Shown: piece after piece, positions 37,076 through 45,631 of the stretch | How positions within the stretch are numbered: the stretch's first letter is position 1 | How the letters are laid out: each line of letters begins with the position of its first letter | Origin: Puniceicoccales bacterium | GTDB lineage: Bacteria > Verrucomicrobiota > Verrucomicrobiia > Opitutales > JAIRKQ01 | Direction: 5' to 3' | NCBI GenBank assembly: GCA_031283685.1 | Contig: JAITBI010000003.1 | Location: 1-45,631 of the forward strand | Length of the DNA: 45,631 bases | Notes under the pieces: model-generated | Told to the model about the DNA's origin: nothing | The model's input: only the letters and a program-made list of their open reading frames with translations | Databases searched by the model: none | Made by a program: the position numbers and the translations under genes

Positions 37076-38566
37076 TTACCAACAATTAAAGCATAGGGCC
37101 ACCAATAGCGTAGGAATTATGGCTCCTAAGAATAAATATAAAGGGGATATTCCTTCGGTGAAGTATTTCGACAAAACATTCTGTCCCGCAGGATTTGGAG
37201 CATTGGCTATCACCGTTAGTCCTCCGCCCGTTACAGCCCCTGACAGGACAGCTTTTTGCATGGATGAGTTTGTTGAAAATTCGGAAACGAGGGATGATAA
37301 ATAGGTTATGGCCGCATTGTCGTTGAACGCGGTCAAAATTATAGAGCCGACGAACAACTGAAATTCTTTTAAACTCCTTAGGACCGGTGATATCCACCAC
37401 TCTTGCAGCCCTCCAAAAGTTACCAGACTAGCCAGAAAAAATCCGACTAAAATGGGAGATTTTAGGCTCACATCGTCCTGATATGTTTTTGTAGTTTTTA
37501 CAAATGCCAAGAAAAATAAAAACCCCGCTATTACCAGTGCAGGGGTATGTAAATTCAATACCGTCCATGCTAGGAATATACAGTGAGTAATGGTGACCGT
37601 CACTGGAATCGGTTTATTGTCACCATGCTTTTTATTGGCAGCGTCGCATTTGTTTTGCAATTCGGAAAATTCTTTTCTGAAAATTAAATAGTATACTAGC
37701 GTGTTGGTAATGACTCCTACAATGGCATGCGACCCTAGTAGCATAAACACTCGACCAATCGTTAGGTGCCACTTGTGGGCCACCATCAGTATGGGTGGTG
37801 CTGCGAAATGGGTCAATGTTCCACCAACGGAGACATTCACAAACAACAATCCTAGGGTGGCGTAGCATAATTTCTTCGAAGGTCGCAAATCGTAAAAATG
37901 TTTTGCAAGTAACATGGCCCCTATGGTCATGGCGGCAGGTTCGGTAATAAATGACCCCATGAACGGAGCGATAGTCAGAATGGATATCCACCAGGCCGCT
38001 ACTGTCTTTCTCCCCAGACTAGCAATTCGTTGCAAAATAGACTCTGCCAACGACAAAACCGGACGTGTAGCCGAAATAGCCATAATAATGACGACAAAAA
38101 CCGGTTCCACAAAGCTTGCGACATTATTAAAATAATGCCCCAGCGCATGCCATCCAAAAAAGATAGCCATACAGATCAACAGCGGAATTGCCCATAGCCC
38201 AAAAACTACTTCAACCTCTCCAAAAAAATGGCAAATGGTTGCAAAAAAGTGTTTTCTCGGTAAATTTCCCCCATCAGAGTCAGCAATTTTTTTAGACAAC
38301 ACTACGAACCGTGAGGCGAAGAAAGTATGAATAATCGCGCATAGGAACAGGGCCGTTGCGATTAAATTAAAGGGAGAAACTTGTACGCGATGTTTTAGAA
38401 TCCCCACCAATGAGAGATTTTTCCCAGCTTCCAACGTTTGATATTCTTGGAGAGATATGGGAAAATTTATGGTAGAATGTGGGACAGCATGAGCAACACC
38501 GCTTAGACAAATTAAAAAGAGAACACAGCCTACTATAACGATGATACAAGAAAACCTACTTCGCAC
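37076..38566 (-). CDS. Putative Na+/H+ antiporter (DUF1504-like)
   Basis: Polytopic membrane protein with GEVEVVFGLW, GSFITEPAAMT, NVSVGGTLTHFAAPP, DNAAITYL and GGGLTVIANAPNPAG. Confidence 0.8.
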   Translation of the reverse strand: MRSRFSCIIVIVGCVLFLICLSGVAHAVPHSTINFPISLQEYQTLEAGKNLSLVGILKHRVQVSPFNLIATALFLCAIIHTFFASRFVVLSKKIADSDGGNLPRKHFFATICHFFGEVEVVFGLWAIPLLICMAIFFGWHALGHYFNNVASFVEPVFVVIIMAISATRPVLSLAESILQRIASLGRKTVAAWWISILTIAPFMGSFITEPAAMTIGAMLLAKHFYDLRPSKKLCYATLGLLFVNVSVGGTLTHFAAPPILMVAHKWHLTIGRVFMLLGSHAIVGVITNTLVYYLIFRKEFSELQNKCDAANKKHGDNKPIPVTVTITHCIFLAWTVLNLHTPALVIAGFLFFLAFVKTTKTYQDDVSLKSPILVGFFLASLVTFGGLQEWWISPVLRSLKEFQLFVGSIILTAFNDNAAITYLSSLVSEFSTNSSMQKAVLSGAVTGGGLTVIANAPNPAGQNVLSKYFTEGISPLYLFLGAIIPTLLVALCFNCW

Positions 38567-38724
38567 GGGATTGACGTTATTATTTTTATGTAAAATTCTT
38601 AATGAGAAAATTCAAAAACACTGTATTTCCGACCATTGCCAGAGCTAAGAGCAACAAGCTTCCTTTTCCATCTGATTGTCATTAACTTGACCAAGTTTTT
38701 TGGAAGCAGGAAGAAAACATCCAT

Positions 38725-39282
38725 TCATGCCCCTATTATAAATTCAGGCGTTCCTTTGGAGGTTGAATTCGTTGAAGAAGAAGTTCCTCCAACGTTATTT
38801 TCACCCGATGCCTCTTCTCCCTTTGGCAGCGTCCCTTGTGTGTAGAGGACCATTTTTTGCTTCCAACGATCTACTTCATCCAAGAATACTTTAAAAAATT
38901 CTTCGAATTTACCTATATCCATAAACCTCAACGGAAATTGGTATCCAATGGCCGCATTGTTGCTTTCCGCATTATACGATAGCGTCATTCCTTTACTTTC
39001 CTCTGGATCGTTGTTAATTCGAAGCAAGTAACGCAATATCGATCCGGCGTTGGTTTCCGGAATTTGGCCGATTTCGGCGATGAATATCATAGAGTCGCGC
39101 TTATTTTCATGTTTTAAGTGAATAAGTGTTCCTTGATCTACGTCTAAACAGCAATATCCAGATGAATCAACCTGTAATCCAGACAAATTTATTCTATTGG
39201 CAAATTCGTGGAGAATGTCTGTAAAAGTATCTATTGGCATAAATGTTAGAGACATACTTAATGGATATACACATTTAGTCAA
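38725..39282 (-). CDS. Type III secretion class I chaperone, CesT/SycE-like
   Basis: Small and acidic, with the pattern F..ILHEFANRINLSGLQVDSSGYCCLDVD...LLRINN...FEEFFKVFLDEVDRW. True start likely 39255 or 39240. Confidence 0.75.
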   Translation of the reverse strand: MTKCVYPLSMSLTFMPIDTFTDILHEFANRINLSGLQVDSSGYCCLDVDQGTLIHLKHENKRDSMIFIAEIGQIPETNAGSILRYLLRINNDPEESKGMTLSYNAESNNAAIGYQFPLRFMDIGKFEEFFKVFLDEVDRWKQKMVLYTQGTLPKGEEASGENNVGGTSSSTNSTSKGTPEFIIGA

Positions 39283-39360
39283 CTTTTATTTCCCCATGAA
39301 GGAAAATTTTTATCAAATCCTTCCTTTACAACGGTGAAGGTTATATTTTCGAAATCATAC

Positions 39361-40071
39361 CTAATTTGCCGCTCGAATTTTGAACTCTTCGACGTGAGAC
39401 TTGCTAAAATTAATTATGTCCTGCAAAACAATTCTATTGCGGGGAGCAAAGATAGAATCACCGTCGTTTAAATTTTTATTCATTGCATGTTCGGGAATAA
39501 ATTCTTGAAGGACAAATCGTTTTGCTCCGGTTAACTGGAATATTATACTCCTTATGTCATAGGACGTATGGAATGCTGGAACGACTGTTGTGCGAAATTC
39601 ATAATCCACCTCACTGTTTTTAATCAAATCTATGGATTGTTTTATCTTGTCCATGCTAACAGAAACGTTGGCAATTTCGGTATACCTGTCAAACCTATGC
39701 TTAATATCCATGGCAACGTAGTCCAACAGTTTTGCCCTGTATAGGCTATCTAAAATTTCAGGCCGCGAGCCGTTAGTATCCAATTTTGTTAAAAAACCAA
39801 GCTCCTTTATTTTTTTCAAAAAGTCTTCCAAGTCGCCTTGCAAGGTTGGTTCTCCACCGGACATTACTACGGCTTCGATTTTTCCTTTTTTGGCGTTTAA
39901 AAAATTAAATATTTCGCGTTCCTCCATTGGAGTCCCAAATTTTTCAGGTAAAACCAAAGTCTCGTTATGGCAAAATTGGCAACAGAAGTTGCATCCCTGC
40001 GTAAATAAAACACAGGAGATTTTGCCAGGGAAATCAATTAGAGAAACTTTTTGTATGCCACCTATTTTCAT
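39361..40071 (-). CDS. nrdG: Anaerobic ribonucleoside-triphosphate reductase activating protein (radical SAM)
   Basis: IGGIQKVSLIDFPG, GCNFCCQFCHN (CxxxCxxC), SGGEPTLQ, KLDTNGS and YEFRTT. Confidence 0.88.
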   Translation of the reverse strand: MKIGGIQKVSLIDFPGKISCVLFTQGCNFCCQFCHNETLVLPEKFGTPMEEREIFNFLNAKKGKIEAVVMSGGEPTLQGDLEDFLKKIKELGFLTKLDTNGSRPEILDSLYRAKLLDYVAMDIKHRFDRYTEIANVSVSMDKIKQSIDLIKNSEVDYEFRTTVVPAFHTSYDIRSIIFQLTGAKRFVLQEFIPEHAMNKNLNDGDSIFAPRNRIVLQDIINFSKSHVEEFKIRAAN

Positions 40072-40185
40072 TGATCGTTACATGTGTAAAAATCCAAAAA
40101 AACATTGCAAGGTTAGTCTGTTTTAAAAATTATACCCATTTCTTGTTGAATTTAACGTTCAGTTATTTAACATCCCCTGGAGAAA

Positions 40186-41727
40186 ATGGTTGATAGGATT
40201 TTAAGTGAGATTAGGCAGGAAATTGCAAATTTAACCCGCAAAACTGAGGTAAAAAATGTCGGTAAGATTTTAACCCTTGCCGACGGGGTTGCGACCGTTG
40301 ATGGGCTGTCAAGAGCGATGTACAATGAAATGATCGAGTTCCCAAACAATATTTTCGGAATCGCTCTAAACATTGAAGAAGAAATTGTAGGTGTCGTTTT
40401 ACTTGGTGATAGTTCGTCATTGAAAGAAGGGGACGAGGCCAAAACCACCGGCAAACTATTATCGGTACCGGTTGGGATGGAGTTGCTCGGGCGCGTTGTT
40501 GATGCACTCGGAAATCCCATTGACGGGAAAGGCCCCATTGGGTGTAAAAATTTTCTGCCGGTGGAGCGTATTGCTCCCGGCATCATGACGAGAAAAGCTG
40601 TCAATCAACCATTGCAGACTGGAATTTTAGCAATTGATTCCATGATCCCCATAGGACGCGGGCAAAGAGAACTTATCATCGGTGATCGTTCCACGGGAAA
40701 AGGAAGCATCGCGGTGGATACAATTATTAACCAGGCAAATATAAATCGCAAAGGGCTTGCCAGTGGAGATCCGACATTTCGTCCAGTATATTCCATATAC
40801 GTAGCCATTGGGCAAAAGAATTCTACCATCGCCCGAATGATTCACACATTGGAAGAGTTCAATGCACTTGAATACACAATTATTGTGTCATCCAGTGCTT
40901 CCGATAGTGCTTCAAATCAGTATATTGCCCCCTACGCAGGTTGTGCCATTGGCGAATGGTTCATGCAAAATGGAATGGATGCCCTAATAATTTATGATGA
41001 TCTTTCGAAACATGCCGTAGCATACCGTCAACTTTCATTGATCCTGAAACGTCCCGCAGGACGAGAAGCCTTTCCGGGCGATGTTTTTTATCTACATTCT
41101 CGACTTCTAGAGCGTGCCGCCAGGATGAATGAAGAGAATGGAGGTGGTTCTCTTACGGCTTTACCGTTCATAGAAACACAGGCCGGTGACGTGTCAGCGT
41201 ATATTCCAACGAATGTAATTTCCATTACGGATGGACAAATATTCCTAGATGCTGACTTGTTTAACCGTGGTGTACGCCCTGCCATTTCCGTAGGCATTTC
41301 CGTTTCCCGTGTGGGGTCAACTGCTCAGGTAAAAGGTTTTAAACAGGTTGCCGGGCAAATAAAATTGGAATTGGGCCAATACTATGAACTATCAGCATTT
41401 GCCCAATTTGGGTCTGACCTCGATGAAAAAACGAAAACAAAACTAGCCCGAGGGGCACGAATCGTGGAGCTATTTAAACAAGCATCCCTACATCCAAAAT
41501 CCGTTGAAAGTCAAATCATGCTACTTTGGATGATGAAGAATGGCTATTTTGATACACTTCCAGTGGAGAAGATTTCAGCGATTGCCGTCGAATTGGAAGA
41601 ATACGCAAATTTACACTTTGCAAGTCTCATGGCTTCCATTGCATCCAAGAAAATGCTGGAAGAATCGGAAGAAAGTAAGCTGCATGCATTGGCAAAGGAA
41701 TGGCTGGGAACAAAAAATATTAAGTAG
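40186..41727 (+). CDS. atpA: F1 ATP synthase subunit alpha
   Basis: [43 protein letters not shown] and [14 protein letters not shown]. Confidence 0.96.
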   Translation: MVDRILSEIRQEIANLTRKTEVKNVGKILTLADGVATVDGLSRAMYNEMIEFPNNIFGIALNIEEEIVGVVLLGDSSSLKEGDEAKTTGKLLSVPVGMELLGRVVDALGNPIDGKGPIGCKNFLPVERIAPGIMTRKAVNQPLQTGILAIDSMIPIGRGQRELIIGDRSTGKGSIAVDTIINQANINRKGLASGDPTFRPVYSIYVAIGQKNSTIARMIHTLEEFNALEYTIIVSSSASDSASNQYIAPYAGCAIGEWFMQNGMDALIIYDDLSKHAVAYRQLSLILKRPAGREAFPGDVFYLHSRLLERAARMNEENGGGSLTALPFIETQAGDVSAYIPTNVISITDGQIFLDADLFNRGVRPAISVGISVSRVGSTAQVKGFKQVAGQIKLELGQYYELSAFAQFGSDLDEKTKTKLARGARIVELFKQASLHPKSVESQIMLLWMMKNGYFDTLPVEKISAIAVELEEYANLHFASLMASIASKKMLEESEESKLHALAKEWLGTKNIK

Positions 41728-41729
41728 CA

Positions 41730-44040
<2,311 letters not shown>

Positions 44041-44083
44041 AATCGTCAAAATATAATTCCACTCATTGAAGAAAAGCAATGCC

Positions 44084-44500
44084 ATGGCCCTGCTGCTGAA
44101 AATCGTAACTCCCACCGGAATAACACTGAACAAGGAAGTAATGTCTGTAGTACTTCCGGCGTCGGATGGCGAGATAGAAATTTTACCGGGACATTTGCCC
44201 CTTTTGACAATTATTCAACCGGGTGAACTTGTCGCCAAAAACGCCAATTCCCAGGAATGTTTTGCCATAGATTTCGGGTTTGCCATGATTTCCAACGATA
44301 ATGTTTTTGTTCTCACTGACGAATCACTAAACATCGACGAAACTGATTTGCACGAAATTGAAGAAGCAGAGAAGCGTGCTCAAAAAGCCCTTGAAGAAGC
44401 TCGCAACAAACGGGAGGCTCTAGATCCTGCCGAAATTGAAAAGCTTGATGCTAAAGTCAAATACCAAATGGCCAAAAAGCTTGCCAAAATACGACATTAA
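44084..44500 (+). CDS. atpC: F1 ATP synthase subunit epsilon
   Basis: LKIVTP, GEIEILPGHLPL and a C-terminal helical hairpin; follows atpD. Confidence 0.92.
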   Translation: MALLLKIVTPTGITLNKEVMSVVLPASDGEIEILPGHLPLLTIIQPGELVAKNANSQECFAIDFGFAMISNDNVFVLTDESLNIDETDLHEIEEAEKRAQKALEEARNKREALDPAEIEKLDAKVKYQMAKKLAKIRH

Positions 44501-44575
44501 TCCAACATTTTCTTTTTCACCGTTATTAATTTCTGTGTTGGTATGTCACCGGTCTCAAAATGATCAAGCGGTTTC

Positions 44576-45631
44576 CTAATCTTTATCTTCGTTAGATGAT
44601 TTCCGTTCCGTTGGACAGCCAGCTTTTAGCCAGGAATATATGAACTGGTCAATGTCGCCATCCATAACTTCTTGAATGTTGCTCGTTTCAGTCCCAGTGC
44701 GCAAATCTTTCACCATTTGATATGGTTGGCAAACGTAGCTTCGGATTTGATAACCCCATCCGATTTCTCCTTTTGGTCCATAGAATTTTTCCATGGCAGA
44801 TCGTTTTTCATCTTCCATTTTTTCATATAGGCGAGATCGCAGGTTCTTCATGGCGGATTCTTTATTCTTATGTTGGGAACGTTCATTCTGGCATGTGACA
44901 ACGATACCTGTTTGAATGTGGGTTATTCGAATGGCCGATTCTGTTTTATTTACATGTTGACCGCCTTTCCCGCTGGAACGATAGGTGTCGATGCGCAAGT
45001 CGGCATCGTCAATTTTTATATCCTCATCGTCTTCAATTTCAGCGACTACGTCGACGGAACAAAAGGAAGTATGCCTGCGTTTGTTGGCATCGAATGGACT
45101 GATGCGTACCAGCCTATGAACACCCCGTTCAGCTTTTACGTACCCGTATGCGTTTTCTCCAATAATCCTAATTGTTGCACTGTTGATTCCAGCTTCTTCT
45201 CCCGGTTGCATATCCTGAATTTCCGTTTCGAAATTGTTCCGTTCTGCCCAGCGCATATACATGCGTAAAATCATATCGGCCCAATCGCACGATTCAGTAC
45301 CTCCAGCCCCAGCGTGTATGCTCAAAATCGCATTGCAGTGATCATGCTTGCCACACAGATATGATGCTAGTTCTAACCTATTTAGATCCGTAGAAATTTT
45401 TTCTATGAGTGTAGCTGCTTCCGATAAATATTCCGTATTCTCCTGCTCGGATGATGCAAACTCTAGCAAAATGTTAATTTCATCTGCTGTTTTTCTTAAA
45501 TTTTCCACACTTGCTACTTTTTGTTTGAGAGCATGCAATTTGCTGCCCGTTTCCTTTGCCAGTAACTGATTGTTCCAAAAATCAGGGGCCGACATACTCG
45601 CTTCAATTTCGCCGATTTCATGCTTTATGCC
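44576..45631 (-). CDS. prfB: Peptide chain release factor 2 (5' end outside window)
   Basis: [16 protein letters not shown] (SPF) and GKGGQHVN (GGQ). The frame stays open from 45595 to the window edge ([13 protein letters not shown]). Confidence 0.95.
   Translation of the reverse strand, partial: GIKHEIGEIEASMSAPDFWNNQLLAKETGSKLHALKQKVASVENLRKTADEINILLEFASSEQENTEYLSEAATLIEKISTDLNRLELASYLCGKHDHCNAILSIHAGAGGTESCDWADMILRMYMRWAERNNFETEIQDMQPGEEAGINSATIRIIGENAYGYVKAERGVHRLVRISPFDANKRRHTSFCSVDVVAEIEDDEDIKIDDADLRIDTYRSSGKGGQHVNKTESAIRITHIQTGIVVTCQNERSQHKNKESAMKNLRSRLYEKMEDEKRSAMEKFYGPKGEIGWGYQIRSYVCQPYQMVKDLRTGTETSNIQEVMDGDIDQFIYSWLKAGCPTERKSSNEDKD

Noticed and set aside
45595-45631. prfB programmed +1 frameshift site
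   Set aside because: The frame is open to the window edge, so any CTT-TGA site lies outside and cannot be assessed.

Overview
AT-rich, gene-dense bacterial chromosome segment. The housekeeping proteins (RpoD, Zn-ligand-free DnaG, TopB, multi-ATP-cone NrdA, DUF1504 antiporter) look PVC-superphylum-like, most plausibly Verrucomicrobiota/Opitutales, and several signs suggest a host-associated organism; both points are inference, not tested. The standout is an 11.6-kb, 14-gene, minus-strand, apparently intact Mu-like head/packaging/neck/fibre cassette (2619-14187) between yccA-like and plsC-like housekeeping genes. It has no recognisable transposase, integrase, repressor, replication, lysis, tail tube, sheath or full-length tape-measure gene, so it is a candidate domesticated gene transfer agent with a short tail. 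Other highlights: a full-length class Ia NrdA-like protein lacking several essential catalytic residues (candidate pseudo-enzyme); scattered type III secretion parts (SctI-like rod, CesT-like chaperone); two candidate membrane effectors, one Inc-like and missing from the ORF track; a triplicated, partly fused GT8 locus; and an F1-only atpAGDC cluster. No tRNA, rRNA or CRISPR array was seen. All family calls are motif recognition by eye; no searches were run.
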